DNA of 64,000 nucleotides from Vicugna vicugna (taxonomy: Eukaryota). A program made the position numbers and the translations under genes. Below the pieces are notes generated by a model, which had not been told where the DNA came from, did no database searches, and saw only the letters and a program-made list of their open reading frames with translations. Positions 39,701 through 54,020 of this stretch are shown in pieces (the first letter of the stretch is position 1; each line of letters opens with the position of its first letter). The stretch spans positions 8,431,260 to 8,495,259 of the forward strand of contig MU058844.1 of assembly GCA_013265495.1 (NCBI GenBank), given 5' to 3'.

Positions 39701-41949
39701 ACTGAATGGAACAGACCGATAAGCTAGTTACATAGTGCTCCTATCCCCATTTACCGAGGAAGAAACAAGACTCAGAGAGGCTGCAATTTAGCCAAGCTCC
39801 CACAAACACTAAGTAGCAAAGCGTGTGAACCAAGGCTGTATTCAGACCTTGCTCTGAATTCCCACATTTGATCAGCACGCCACAGCAGTGAGTTCAGAGG
39901 GCAACAAATGAAATCAGGAAAGACAGCAATTGAAAAAAGTGCGAGGGAGATCTGCCTGCCAGACGCAGGTCTAGCAAGAACTCCCTTTGGCAGAGATCAA
40001 TACATGGCAATATCTTAAGATAGTTCATTCAGAGTCACTTTATCTTCTTAATTCTTCCACTTTCCTCACTCCCCTCAATACCTCCCTCTTTACCAGAAGT
40101 GATTCTAAGATTTTAAGAAATTAAAAGAGTAATTTCTACATACAAAACTGGTAAGTCTCTGAAAAGGAAATTAAAGGTTTTACAATAAGATGTAGTTGTA
40201 GTTATCTACATCCAGGAAGAAAGCAACCCTACTGCTTCATGCCCAGTTGTAAGCAATAATACTTTGAATGTAGCAGGCATTCAGTAAGTAAGGAATGAAT
40301 GAATGAATGAAAGCAATTCCTCAATACATTTACTACTGTACCATCACCAGGTACACTGGGAGAAACAAATTCTAAGATTTCTTGGTAGCAGTGATCACGG
40401 AGGTCACTTAAGAGTTCAACAGTACTGTTGGCCCTATCACTGAGAAGAGCATAAAGCCTCATCTCAACCCTAATGTTTACAATCACAAGGCGAAACAAAA
40501 GTGATTTAAGATATTTAGAATGTGATACAAGATAAAATGCAATTATGTGCTATAATTTGAGGTTTAACTGTGTTACAGGGATGAGGGCAAAGGTCACTGC
40601 TCTTATTGTCACATAGCCTAGAAACATTCTATGGTCCAGAAGTTCAAGAAGAAATCAACAGTGCCCTCTTAATAACAGTCCTCACAAGGACATAGAAATG
40701 TTGCGTACTCATTTCTACATGAATGCCCTACAGATGTCTCCAATGTAGAAGGCCCAAAACTGGACTGAACGTTCTCATGCTCACCAAACCTTTCCCTTCT
40801 ACTTCCTATCCTGTTTAATAGTGTCATCAGTCTCCCAGTACTGAAAAGTCTTCACATTATCTTAAATGCTCCTTGTACCCTCAATCCACATACCCAGTCA
40901 CCCAATAATTCTAATGTAAAAATGCATTTCATTTGGGACCCCCCACACGCCCCATCACTATTGTGGTTCAAGTTCTATTAAGTATTATCAGTGTTACTAC
41001 AATAGCGTTTATAGGTGATTTTTTCCGTATCAATAAAACTCCCATAGCACAGTGCTCAATAAGTGTTGGATAAACTGAATTGAACATGGTGTCTAAAATG
41101 GAAATGTACTTCTATTCAATGGAAGTTTAATTACATATTTTAAGGTTCTGGCTTCCACAACCATTGACTTTAGGCTTCAATCTTTCACACTTGTTTAGTA
41201 GACTTCAGTCAAAAATTAAAGCTGTCTTGCTGAACTATGAAAATTATAGATGGGATGTATTAAATTTTATGAATGTTTGAAAATATCCACAACCCTATAA
41301 TCTATGTAAGGAAGAAAACAATATTTATAGTTGCTTTTGAAAATAAATCAATTTATATCACTCAATTATGTGCTAGGAAACTTTTTGCTGAAGCTCCAGC
41401 ATAATTTATAGTTGCATATGAAGTGAAAAAAAATGTTATTTCAACACATAAACCATGCTCTTAGAAAGGAGATATAATTAAGAAAGAATTGACATTCGTG
41501 TCCTTACTGCGCCAATAGTCACATCACATTAGATGCATATAGTACACGTAACCTGAATTTCAAAAGCACTTCCACATTTAACTAAGTTATTTATAAAAAT
41601 GAAATTAAATATAAAAATAGGAAAATCTAACCAGAGTATTACTACTCTAACAGACCCTTTCCATAGTTTAATTTGAAGGAAAATAAAAATATCATACAAA
41701 GAAATAGCCTATTTAGAAAACTGATTTGGTATATAAAAGTTAAACTTGTTAAAAAAAACCAAACAATTCTGGAATGCCTACTACACGCAAGGTAATAACT
41801 GAACCCGATAAAGTTAATTTGTTACAATTTGTGATTCATCTAAGGGATATGGTGTCTTACCACTTACAAAGCGTATGGACAACAAATGTTCAGTGTGGAT
41901 TCTAGATGGCTCAGCAATTTCCAGTTACAATTCTTTTGAGATGCCACAC

Positions 41950-42285
41950 GTGCTGTGCTTACTCAGGCCTTTGCACTTGCTTTTCCCTCTGTCTGATACC
42001 ATCTTCTCTCAAACATTTCCATGGTTCTCTCTCACACTTCCTTCAGGTCTTTGCTCAAATGTCACCCTGTCAGTGGAAACTTCTCTGTCAATCCTATTTA
42101 AAACTGTTAACCCCACCTAACTCTCATTCCTCATTGGTCCTTTATCAATTTTTTTTATACATTCATCACCATCTGACATAGTAAGGTGCAAGAGGACACA
42201 GGTTTTTGTTCACTGCTGTATCCCGAGAACCCAGAATAATGCCTGTCAGAGCAGGTACTCAATGAATGAATGAGTCAATGAATGA
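41950..42285 (+). mobile_element. L2 LINE 3' end
   Basis: ctcaggcctttgcacttgc...tcaggtctttgctcaaatgtcacc...gttcactgctgtatccc...ctcaatgaatgaatga. Confidence 0.75.
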
Positions 42286-45200
42286 GCAAGAACTAGGTTT
42301 GAATTCTGGTTCTCAGACTGTCCATCCCTCTGTGGCCATGAGCAATCTATTTATCTACTCTTAGGACTTGATTTCTTTATCTATAAAATGGAGAGGGGGA
42401 TATCTATTTTACAGTGTTTTAAGGAATATACATATATATGCACATACACATATATGTAAATTTGTACACACACATACATATTTACATGTATTAATTACAT
42501 ACACCCTAAACATCCTAAAACAGAGTCTAGAACATGGTAGGCAACTCCCAAATCGCAAAGTCCAGACTAAGTAACTGAGTGTCCTAACACCACCCTTGGG
42601 ACTTTGTTGGATTATAAATACTCAGTTTCTAAATGCAGGGCCTGCTGGAAGAAAGGAAGTTTGGGCTCTGAGAGTTGGATGCAAAACCTCCATTATTAGA
42701 ATGAAAGCACAACTAGGGACAGGTCAGCTGTAACTTGAGACACAATGTGGAAGTCCAATAGCAAACACGGGTACTACAATCTAAGTAGGTTGAAAGCAAG
42801 AATTTTTCAGTGCTTGGGAGCTCAGCGGTTAGCAGTGGACACCATGTCCTACAATCAGCTTTATCGCTCAAGAGAGAATTTTATTACCAATGATTATTTC
42901 TTACTGAATTTGATAAGAAATTTTTGGCAGACAGGTTACAATCCTGACTATGCTTTAAAGACCTAATATAGAGTTTCAAGTTTGCTTTAATACAACATTT
43001 TATTTTCCTATATTAGAAGTCTCTACTTTCAGAAAATAACCAAAACCATGAGATAGATTACTAGAAATTCAACAACTTCAAACTCGATTTAAAATTAGAA
43101 GCACTGAAGAATAAATATTTATAAATATTTTCTGAAAAATAAATTCAATTTAGTAAATCAAATATGATTTTGTTAGCAAAATGCAAAGTAAATTCTAGAT
43201 CATAAAACTTTAAAAACTGACTTATAATTGTAAAGAATATTTAAAAAATGAACTTATTTCAGTGCAGTAAGTGCTCTGAAATCAATCTCTTCGTTATTCT
43301 CTTGTTGCTCCCACAGGCATCTCATTTCCTACTCTGGCTGTCATTTTCTGCCCCACAGTGCTTCAAGGATGGCAGTATCTTAGTAACTGACACTGCCATT
43401 GATCTCTTACTGAGAAGGTCAATATTTTCTTTGTATACATACACAGACTTGGGCCGAGTCTTCCAGGCATTCAAGAATTGAAAAAAAAAAAAAAAGACTT
43501 TTCAGTTTGTTTATTATTAAGGCAGGAAAAAACAAAGGACTTTTGTCCCAGGTAAACAGTAATTGTAAGGATAATTAAATGACTAATAATGGATTTTCAG
43601 AGAGTAAAATTAAGTCATACCTCTCTCTTAAAACTACTTTTTTCATCATGCATTTCATTAACTTGAGTTTAATTTCATCAGCTATTCTTACTCTAAACTC
43701 CATTACTTACATTTCAACAGTAACACAAAATAGATGTGTGTCTATTCTACTGTCTCTTAACTGAATTCAGTTATAATCATTGGCCAAGTAAAAGGAACGT
43801 GCAAAAGGAATCTGCATTAAATATACACCTTCTCTATCTAGCACCTACTGTACCTCCGGCAGATCCTGCTCTTTACTGGCTGAGTTTTTGTAACGATGTA
43901 TATAATTCATAAAAACCAGATCAATTTTATTCTTTTGGGGCCATTGTTCAAGGTGGCTGCTGTATAGGGAATAAACAAATAAGACGCCCACCTAAACTTA
44001 ACACTTACATTTGTGATTTTGACTTAATGATCAAATTAAGAGGGAAAAAATCAGTTTCAGTAACTGTCTCTGGTGTTGCTAAAGATATTGGTCTGAGACT
44101 CTGGCTATATCTGAAATGCAGTTTCCTTCACAAAGAGAGAGATGGTTTTCAGTACTTAATAAAGATTCGTTAAATAAATGCTTGAAAATATATAAATATA
44201 TCATAATAAGGAACAAAATGTGACAAGGGAAAAATGAAGAATGAACACAAGTGTTAGTCTAGATCAAGATGAATTCAAAGAGCTTTGTGAGACTAATAAT
44301 GCTTTCAGGTGGTTCTTATCCTGAGGTCTAAGAGCTAAAGCAGCTTATGAAGCTTTAGGTGTAAACTTGTCTATACAGCTAAAAGTCTGCTGCAAGACAC
44401 ACAGCTAATCAGAGTCAGAGATGAATTAGAACCACGTCTTCTGACTCAGCCTATCCACCTCTATTTCAGAGGAGCAGAATATGGAAAGGATGGCTAATAT
44501 TGACTAAATGTCTACTCATTTATGTGCTAGGTTTTAACATATATCTCGTTTACTTCAATACAACTCTTTCAGGCAGGAATTATGATTCCCATTTTTCAAG
44601 TGAGGAATCTGAGGCTCAAATGCTTAATTTACACAAGATTACACACCACTAAAGTATCAGAGCCAGGATTCAAAGCTGTATATGACAACCACAAAACCCA
44701 TATTCTTTCCATGCTGTCTCCTATTTGCTTATATCAACAGCTGAGGTTCCAGCTGGACAGGAGATAGATAACACTGCAAGGTGAAGAACTTATTTTGTAG
44801 GAAATGGAGACTAACTGATGGCTTCTGAGTAGAGGAGTGACAACACTAGAACCAAGATTCTGGAAGATAACTGGAAAGTGGCTTGAATGGAGAAGCAACT
44901 GAAATATAGAGTCTGAAAGCAACAACACCTTGGAAGTTATTGCTAAAATTCTGTAGTAAGATTAAAAAAGGAGACAGCTGAACTATTTGCTATGAAAGTG
45001 GGAAGCCACAGATGCAAGAGAAATGGAGGAAGGTGAGTTGGCAGATTATGAGCCTAAGTAACAGGAAGAATGTTAATACAATTTACAGGGGACCTTTTTA
45101 ACCACTGAAGTGATGAGGAGAAAAGACAAAATAGGGAGACCCTAGTAACCATGAAACCAAGTTTTTTTTTTTAATTCACAGAAAGAATTTAAATCATGAT

Positions 45201-45795
45201 AAAACCATGAATACAGGTTACCATGACAGCAAATTTCTAGTGAAAGGTTAATAATTTGACATACTTTAAACAACAATAACAACAAAACATAGAATGAGTA
45301 TCTAAAACAAACAGAAGACACTCAAATTTATTCTGATTGGCTAAATATAAATAAAATTTTAGTAGAATGAGGGGGAAAACACCTCAGATGAGAAGAATCT
45401 CCATGAACTTTGTCTTACTGAACTTCTTAGTGAAATGATATATGGGAAATCAGAAGCTGAAGGGGTAACCATTAAAAACTAGAATGTAAATTCAAGTTCT
45501 AAATGATCTCATCTAAAAGCAACAAATGGAAAGCACTTTCTACATATCAAATAAATAAAATATGATGGCAAATTATCCTGGGTTCCCACAGATTTGTTTA
45601 CATTTCTGTTCAACCTTACCTATAATTACAGTAGCAACCCAGGAACTGGGCTGACACTTGCCACTATCTTTTTGTGGTGTGAAATTATTTTCACACTTGA
45701 AGTCTCCTAAGAAGACCCAGAATATTTTTTAACAGGGAAAACAGAGTTCAAGAAAATACATATGGAAAGTGAAAGAATAAAAGTTAAATACCACA

Positions 45796-46367
45796 AAAAC
45801 AGTGTGGAGATTCCTCAAAAGACTAGGAATAGACTTACCATATGACCCAGGAATCCCACTCCTGGGCTTGTATCCAAAAGGAAATCTACTTCAGGATGAC
45901 ACCTGCACCCCAATGTTCATAGCAGCACTATTTACAATAGCCAAAACATGGAAACAGCCTAAATGTCCATCAACAGGTGACTGGATAAAGAAGATGTGAT
46001 ATATTTATACAATGGAATACTACTCAGCCATAAAAACCGACAACATAATGCCATTTGCAGCAACATGGATGATCCTAGAGAATGTCATTCTAAGTGAAGT
46101 AAGCCAGAAAGAGAAAGAAAAATACCATATGAGATCGCTCATATGTGGAATCTAAAAAACAAAAACAAACAAAAAAACAAAAACAAAGCATAAATACAGG
46201 ACAGAAATAGACTCATGGACAGAGAATACAGACTTGTGGTTACAAAAATGTGACAGTGAGTGTGTATATGTCCATGAATGACTGAAAAATTGTGCTGAAC
46301 ACTGGAATTTGACACAATATTGTAAAATGATTATAAATCAATAAAAAATGTTAAAAAAAATTTTAAA
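45796..46367 (+). mobile_element. Young 5'-truncated L1 (ORF2 C-terminus plus 3' UTR) with perfect TSD
   Basis: WRFLKRLGIDLPYDPGIPLLGLYPK...CTPMFIAALFTIAKTWKQPKCPS is the L1 ORF2 C-terminus. An in-frame TGA stands where W is expected. Identical 17-bp TSD aaaagttaaataccaca at 45779-45795 and 46368-46384. Confidence 0.95.
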
Positions 46368-48299
46368 AAAAGTTAAATACCACAGAGTAAAACAGACGAC
46401 ACTAATTATTTCTGTTGTTCTCACTTTCTATTTCCAGCATGCTTTCCGGCTTCATGTGTTTCAAATTAAATGTCAGCACAATTTCAATGCACCATAATCA
46501 CCAACATCACCACCACCAACAACAAAATACTCAGAATGGCCAAGAAGAAATTTAATCTAATGGGATGCAATAAAAAATAATTTAAGAGAAACCCCAACGA
46601 AATAATCTATCACAGGCATAAACTTTCTGTGTTGTTCAATTAAAATGATAGTAAATTAATTACACAGATGTTCACCAAAAGGAACCAATTTAAAACATTT
46701 ATTCAGCACCGAGTCCTGGTAAGGATCATTTGAGTGACAATAACAAGAAACAGGAGAAGCAGTACAGGGCCTCAAGAAGCTGAAAGAAGGGAGTCAAGAG
46801 GCCCTGGAGGCTCAAGCGGAGCCTTAGAGCAGCCCTGGGCTTTGGCAAAGTCACAGAGGATGGCTCTGCAGGCACAGAAACTGGACTTCCTGAGAGCTGA
46901 ACAGGTTTTCCACAACTGATTCTAAGCAAAGTTATAAGAAATTGACTTTAAAATATAAATTCATTACTTTACATGGGGAAATACATTTAGAGTAATAAAC
47001 CACATCATTAATTTGATAGGATATGGTCTCCTAATTTTAGAATTATAACTAGAACAAATAAAGCCAGATATTCTTAAAGAACATTTTAATCAAGACAGGT
47101 AGCTAGTTGAGTTTCTTCTGTAGTCTTGAACTATTTCGGTTTCACAAAATATTTTGGTTATCCCAAATAAGAATATTTCTTCTGTTTTGCCTTTGGGAAG
47201 ATTTTTCTAGACTTATGAAGACCAATTAATTTCTGAAGACCAGATAATTCACTGAAGAATGTTACAGATTTATACATGTACTCATTACTTCCTAAGGATA
47301 CAGCCTTGTTCCCTTGAAGAGAGTTAACAAAATCTTAATCTCTGAGATGAGATCTAGGAAACTTGCTTGTCTTATCAGCAAAGTATTTAGAAGCTATCCT
47401 ACTGGCTTTTTTGTGTAGATGGTTAATATCATTTATGTAGGTAATAAACTTTCAGAAATTTTTTACCTCAAATGATGCCTGAGTTGATTTTATCTCCAGA
47501 TTCTCAGGGTATCTTACTATAATCTTCAATGTACTGAATGAAGTACTGCATTTTCACAGAGGGAAAGAATATTACTGATTTCTATCTCCTCAAATTAAGT
47601 TTAAAAAACCTATTAGTTGGATCAAATCATACAAAACAATAATAAATATAACATGGACAGTGATCACATCAGAAATAACAGATGTATCTATTCAGTACCA
47701 CATTTCAATGGGTACCTTCAATAACATTCTTTATAGATCTATGCATCACTTTATTCTTTAAGAATAATTGATCTTACTCATCTATATTCCAGAAACTGTT
47801 TGATGTGCTAAGAACACAATGAAGCACTGTACTTTTGTTTTTAGCGAGTTGCTAATGTAGCTGCAGAGACAAACCAGTGGACAATGACGAAAGTATGACA
47901 TGTGTTAATATGAGAGAGAATCGAGTTGTTATACAGGAGCATATACATTTCCAAGAGTTCTTGACAATTTGTCTCTTCCAAGGAAAAACCTAATTACACC
48001 AACACCACCACAATCATGATTACCACAATTCTCATCACTTACTAACTATAATTTATTGAACCCATGCCATATGTTAGGAGTTACATCACACCATCTTTAA
48101 TCTCCACTACAGCTCTGTGAAAAACGACAACACTCAGCTGTGACAGACAGACAACTGCTCACAGCTGGGCAGCACACAGACCACACTCTTTCCTACTAAT
48201 TATGAAAACTTCTACGGTACACCAATATCAGACAAAGTCTGTGACCATGACAACTCTACAATCATATCTAAACACAGACAGAAACAGGAACACATGCAA

Positions 48300-48585
48300 A
48301 CACAACAGCCTCCATGGAAGGCCCCATGGAGAGGTCCAAGTGAGAGAAACCAAGGTCTCGGGCCAACACGCAGCACCAGCCAGACTCTCATGTGACTGAG
48401 ATGCTGTGGGGGTGAGCTCTCCAGCCTCAGTCAAGCCTTCAGGAACAGCAGTCCTCGGCAGTGCCCGCCAACACCTGGACTGTGAAATCATGAGACCCTA
48501 AGCCAGATCCATGAGTTAATCTGCTCCTAAATTCCTGACCCACAGAAACTGTGAGAGATCGTGTTTTTCAGCAATAGATAATGTG
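48300..48585 (+). mobile_element. MLT1-type MaLR LTR fragment
   Basis: aggccccatggagagg...ccagcctcagtcaagccttcagg...aaattcctgacccacagaaactgtgaga...cagcaatagataa. Confidence 0.7.
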
Positions 48586-49854
48586 TAACGTTAATGTGTA
48601 AATTAATATAATTGTATGTTAATGAGTGTGTACTCTTCCAGTTAGAAGAATTATAAAGGAGGTCGTGTAATTAAACATTCATTAATACTGTGCTTTTAAT
48701 TCTTAGACTGTTTTCTTTTTTGAACATATTTATAATAGCCACTTAAATCCAACATCTGAGCCCAATCAGGATCAGCTCCAATTAATCATTTTCCTCCCCC
48801 TCGGGTCACACCTTCTTTTAATTCTATGAACACAGCTACTTAACTTCAGGATCAGAGCTCACATGGAATCAGTTTCCTGAGTATGAATCACAATTTCCTG
48901 TTTCTTTGCACATCTAGCAGTTTTTGGTTAAAAGCAGAATTGTGAATAATTTATTGTAGTGGATCTATTTTGTTTTTCTAGGGATTTTATTGTTGTTGCT
49001 CCACGAAGAAGTTAGCCTGCTTGGGCTGGAGCTGCGAAATCTACCTCCCCTTCAGCGCGCAGCAGCTGGTGCCTCTGCTCAGCTGCTGGTTTACTAGCCT
49101 GCCCCTGAGGGTATCCCTGGGCCTACGAAGATTAGAAAGCAGATAAAAATTTGGGTAGGTTTGATGTCAGATTGGGAGGCTCACTCTCTCTGTAGTTACC
49201 TTTGTTTCCAAGGCTCCCCAGCCTAAATTACCAGTTGCTCTACCAGCCCAGAATTCTGCCCTTAGATACAGGAATTTAATCGGGCTTCCAATTTTTACCA
49301 CCCAAGCTGTGCACACTTTGGGGGATACACTCCATCAAAGATGCAGCCAATCTGCATAACTTGCCAGAAGCTCTGTCTTTCAAGGGTTCACCATCCTCCT
49401 GGTTTTGCCAGCGTTTTTGCTGGACTCTCTGGGTCTCCCGTGGGTGTGTGAGCATGTAGTCTAGAGGTCAGCCAGGGTTTTAGCCAGAGTTTTAGCTCAG
49501 ATCTTAGATTCCAGCCCTTCTGTGGCTCTCCTTCCAGAATGTATTCCTTAAATTTCCATCTGCTCTTCTCTCTGAACTCTGTCGTGGCCTCCATGAGCTG
49601 GAAGAATGTCGTTTTCCACTGCCAGATCTAGGGGGCTTTGGAGCACCTCCAGCAAGAAAGTCATTAATCCTCAGTTCTTAGCCAACCACGGTAGTCATTC
49701 AGCAGCAAACTCTTCTCATGTTTCTGCCTACCTTTGGTCATCTTCTAGAACATTCCATTAGTTGTTTTTAATAATCTGGCCAGTGTTTGTCATCGTTATC
49801 TGCTGGAGGAACTGCCTGACCTCTTTGACCAGCCATTACTTGGAGTACCCGGGA

Positions 49855-50472
49855 CTATTTTAACAGCCTTCCATCCTGTCTTCCTGCATCCACCCTCACC
49901 CTCAATTTCCCAGACAGAAGCTAGTGTCACCCCTGGGATATGAAATACACCCATCATAACCCCTCACAAAGTCCTTGCAGAGATTTCCACTTCACTCAGA
50001 GCAAAAGCCAAGCCCTCAGTATGGTCTGCAAGTCCTATACGAAGCTGCCCGAAGCTGCCTCTCAAACCTCGTCTCCCATCAGCCTCATCCGGACGGCTCT
50101 GCTGTGCTTCCAACACCCCCAGCATGTTCCACTGGGCACTTGCTGTCCACTCGGCCTGACTCTCTTCCCTCAGATACCTGCAATGACCGGCTCCCTCACT
50201 TTTTTCAAGTCTCTGTTCAAATTCTGTTCTGTTAGGGAAGACTTCCCTGATCACCTCATACAAAACAGCATCTCTCCACACCATCTTTTTCACTTACCCT
50301 CCCCGGAACATGTGTATAAACACACACACAGGTTTCTCTGTATCTGTCTTCACAAAAACATGGGCTGCATGCAGGCAAGGACTTTGCTGTGTTCGGTATC
50401 ATAACTGAAGGGTCTGGAACAGGGCCTGGGAGGTGGGAGGTGCTCAGTAAACAGTAGCCAAACGAGTGAATG
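49855..50472 (+). mobile_element. L2 LINE 3' end
   Basis: cactcagagcaaaagccaagccctc...ttcaagtctctgttcaaa...ggcaaggactttg...ggtgctcagtaaac. Explains ORFs 49940..50404 and 49964..50293. Confidence 0.7.
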
Positions 50473-50679
50473 GGTTAAGTGCTTCGCTCTGTTAGGCATT
50501 ATTGTCCACCCTTATGTATTCATTCGTGCAATGTTCACAGCACCTCATCGGGCGGGAAATGTGATTAACCCCACCTTGCGATGAGGGACTGAGGCACAGG
50601 GAGTGGACGCCCAAGCTAACCAAGCGAGTAAGCAGTGAGGCCAGGGCTTGAACCAGGCAGTCTGTCTGCAGGGCCCCAT

Positions 50680-51025
50680 CACATTAGGCTGCTCAAGGTG
50701 CCATAACAAAATACCACCGGCTGGGTGGCTGAAACAACAGAAATTTATTTGTACAGTTCTGGAAGCTGGAAGTCCAAGATCAAAGTGCTGGCAGTGCTGG
50801 TTCTGTGGTGACGCCTCTCCCCTTGGCCTGCAGATGGCTTCCTTCTCACTGTGTCCTCAGTAGTTTTTCTTTGGGTGCACTCGCCTAGTGTCTCCTCTTC
50901 CTAGTGGATTAGGACTCTACCTTTTTGACCTCATTTAACCATAATTACTTCCTTAAACACATTATCTCCAGATATCACATTGGAGGTTAGGGATTCAAAT
51001 TATGACTTTTGAGAGGACACAATAA
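50680..51025 (-). mobile_element. MLT1/MST-type MaLR LTR
   Basis: gccataacaaaataccac...aaacaacagaaatttattt...cagttctggaagctggaagtccaagatcaa...gacctcatttaacc...cacattggaggttagggattcaa. Confidence 0.8.
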
Positions 51026-51514
51026 TCATAATTTATGCCCTTCAAACATCAGCACCAAATGATTATGCCGAACATCTGCTAGTGGACGTCCACACACTGT
51101 GCACTAATTTAGTGCAGCTCTGGGAACCACCTCCTTTGTAACTCCTCACACGGAGCCGGCAGAAAACCCTACTTCTGGTGAGTCCCTAACGGAAATCTGC
51201 TCCGGTCTCTTCGCTCCTTGAACACATTGTGCCCTCCCACCGCAGGGCCTCCACACTCCCTGATCTCACAATCTGGAATGCTCTCCTTCCAGACAGCTCC
51301 ATGACTCATTTTTCTCTTTATTTAGATTTTCCCCCCCAGAGTTATCTCCATTAAATTTTGCTGGAACAACCTACTCACAACTGCAAGCATACTTTCCCCT
51401 AGCATGTCCCCCTACTTCTCCCTTTGCTACTTAAGTCTTCTCTGAGGCACTTTAAAAAAATTATCTATCTTTTCCCTGTAGAAGATAAGCAAGATGAAGG
51501 TAGGATTTTTTTTA

Positions 51515-51720
51515 CTTTATTTACTGCTATTTCCCCAGTTCCTAGAGAACTGCTGGCACATAGCAGACACTAAGTAAATGTTCGCTGAATGAACAAATGA
51601 ATGAATGAATGAATTTCCTTTATTTACTGCTATTTCCCCAGTTCCTAGAGAACGGCTGGCACATAGCAGACACTAAGTAAATGTTCGCTGAATGAACAAA
51701 TGAATGAATGAATGAATTTC
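51515..51720 (+). repeat. 103-bp tandem duplication of an L2 3' end
   Basis: Copies 51515-51617 and 51618-51720 are identical except T51551/G51654. Confidence 0.95.
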
Positions 51721-52600
51721 CCCAAGGTCACAGAGCTGGTAGAATTGAAATTTGAACCTTATCTGACTAAACAATCTAAAAACTTAACTGCCAAATTATA
51801 CTGTATAGAGCAGCTAACAACTCTTTAGTAAGATACAAATCTGGTCAAATGGCAAAAAATGCTCTTCTTTGACACAAACAGTAAATTTCATACAGCGATG
51901 GGAAAATGCCCATCTTTACATAATCTCTACATAAACAAAATTAATATTCCTTACAAGAATAAATTATAAAAAATCATTATTTTTAATACTGGAGGCAGCT
52001 GACCATTTGTACAATTGAACATTTTGTATAAAAAATTTGGCAAGGTCAGAGACACTTCAAAGGTGAATAATCTAGTCCAGATTCCATTATTGTTGAATAG
52101 ACACAAAATTGGTTATAAGGGTTTCCCCAAAAATGTATTTTATTCCAAGGTAAGAGAACAAATAAGTGACATTTATTCATTTATTTATTTGTCAAATATT
52201 TAGCAACCACCTACTCTGACCAGGTACTGTTCTAGGCACTAAAGATACAACAGTGAACAATTCTTACATTCCTGAAGGGGAAACAATGATTAAAAAAAAT
52301 AATAATAAGGAATGTATTCATGTCATAAAAATATTAGTTTTGATAATAAATGGCCTTTATAAGTCATTCCGAAATAATTTAGAAAAACTTCCATCACAGC
52401 AATAAAGTTTCATACTCTGTGGAGCCAGATGGCCCAGGTTTGAATCTCCATTGCAAGCTGTGCCCCTGGCAAATTATCTCCTCAATTTGCAATTTCACAA
52501 ATGGGTAAAACAGAGCCCTGCAAGGCTGATGTAAAGATTAAAAGAGGAAATATCCGAACAAACAACACACTGCAGGGAAAATTATGAATATCAAAGAATC

Positions 52601-52641
52601 TTATTATTATTATTATTATTATTATTATCATCATCATCATC
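52601..52641. repeat. (TTA)n(TCA)n microsatellite at the end of a MIR
   Basis: Directly visible; follows a MIR-like segment at ~52410-52600. Confidence 0.85.
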
Positions 52642-54020
52642 GTTAGGCTATGTAAACAAATCTATTTCTTCCATTGTATGCCAACTAGGCTGAACCCATA
52701 TGAAAACTCTTGGGCTTCATATTTATTCAGTATCTTTTTTTTTTTGGAAACCTGGATGAGTCATTAATTAATTCACACAACAAATATTCACCTGGCATTT
52801 AATAATGCATGAGAGGTGTTTTACTAGGTGCTGGGTATACAACAGGACAGGCAAAATCTCTGCTCTTTTGGAGTTTAAGCTGCCAAGTTACCATAGGTAT
52901 TAGGTATTATAAGAGTAAACTAAAGAAGTGCCTAACTTTTCAACAATAAACAATGACTTTAAAGAAATCAATATTTACCTAGACCTATTATAGGAGGCCC
53001 CTCGAGTGATGCTCTAAAGTTCATGAGCAAGTGCAAGATTGGGAACACCTGGAAGGAAATGAGGAGAAATCCTAGGACTCTACTTCCAAAAGGTACTTGC
53101 CTTAGTAGAATCTACTTAATTTCATGGCACACAGTAGTACTTTATAAACAGGTTTCAAATGAACTGGTAAATTACAGGTCTTCACTACCATCCTAGCCCA
53201 GGATCCCATCACCTTTCCTGTACTACTGAAATGGTCTTCTAACTGGCCCCTCAGATTTGCCCTGCTAGTCTGTTCTTCAAATAACTATCAGAGTTACTTT
53301 TTCAAATATGTTATATTAAGTCACTACGTTGACTAAATGGCTCCAAAGGTTTCCCATCACACTTCAAACCCTATACCCTCGAAGGCCCAGAGAGCCCTGG
53401 GCGATCCGGCCCCTAACTACATCCCTGACCGCCCCTGCCTTTGCCCAGCACTTGGCTCTAGCCACTCAGGCTTCCTTTTGAACCTCAACCAGCCCCGCTC
53501 TTTCGTGTTTCAGGGCCTCTGAGATCCATGGGTCTGAAAACCCTTTGGCTCACAGCGCTTCCTCACGCTCCTTGCTCAAGACCAGCTAAGTTAAAGCGGC
53601 CTCCTCACACAATCGCTATCACATTTGACTCGTTTCATTTTCTTCTTGGTCATCATGTGAAATGATCTTGACGGTTTATTGTTGATTTATCTTCTGCTGT
53701 GTTTCCTTGTGTTATTTATAAGCATTGTGAGAACCCTGTTCTCCTTGTTTTCCTCCAGCCAAAAAAATTATTGCTGAGTTACTAAATGAAAGAAGCTCTT
53801 AGCTCTGTTTCCTGTTCTCTTTAAATTGCGGAAATAACAAACACCCAGGGACAAAAGGGAGATCCTGGCAGGGCTCAGCTTCATCCCACGGAGTGCCTCC
53901 GGAGCCCCCTCTGCCCGCCCGGCCGCGCACCCGTTTCCGCTCGACTTCCACTAGGGGGCACGCTTCACTGGGCCGGCCTTCTCTTCGCCTCCCCGCCCGC
54001 CCCGTCCACCAGCCATTCAC

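Noticed and set aside
43258..43495. Possible extra METTL25 exon after a T15 tract on the minus strand
   Set aside because: The tract ends in CAA rather than CAG, the donor-like site is ATAAGT, and the phase-1 frame stops within ~20 codons.
49940..50404. 154-aa ORF and overlapping antisense ORFs
   Set aside because: They lie within a decayed L2 element and look like chance open frames, as do most other 60-125 aa ORFs in the track.
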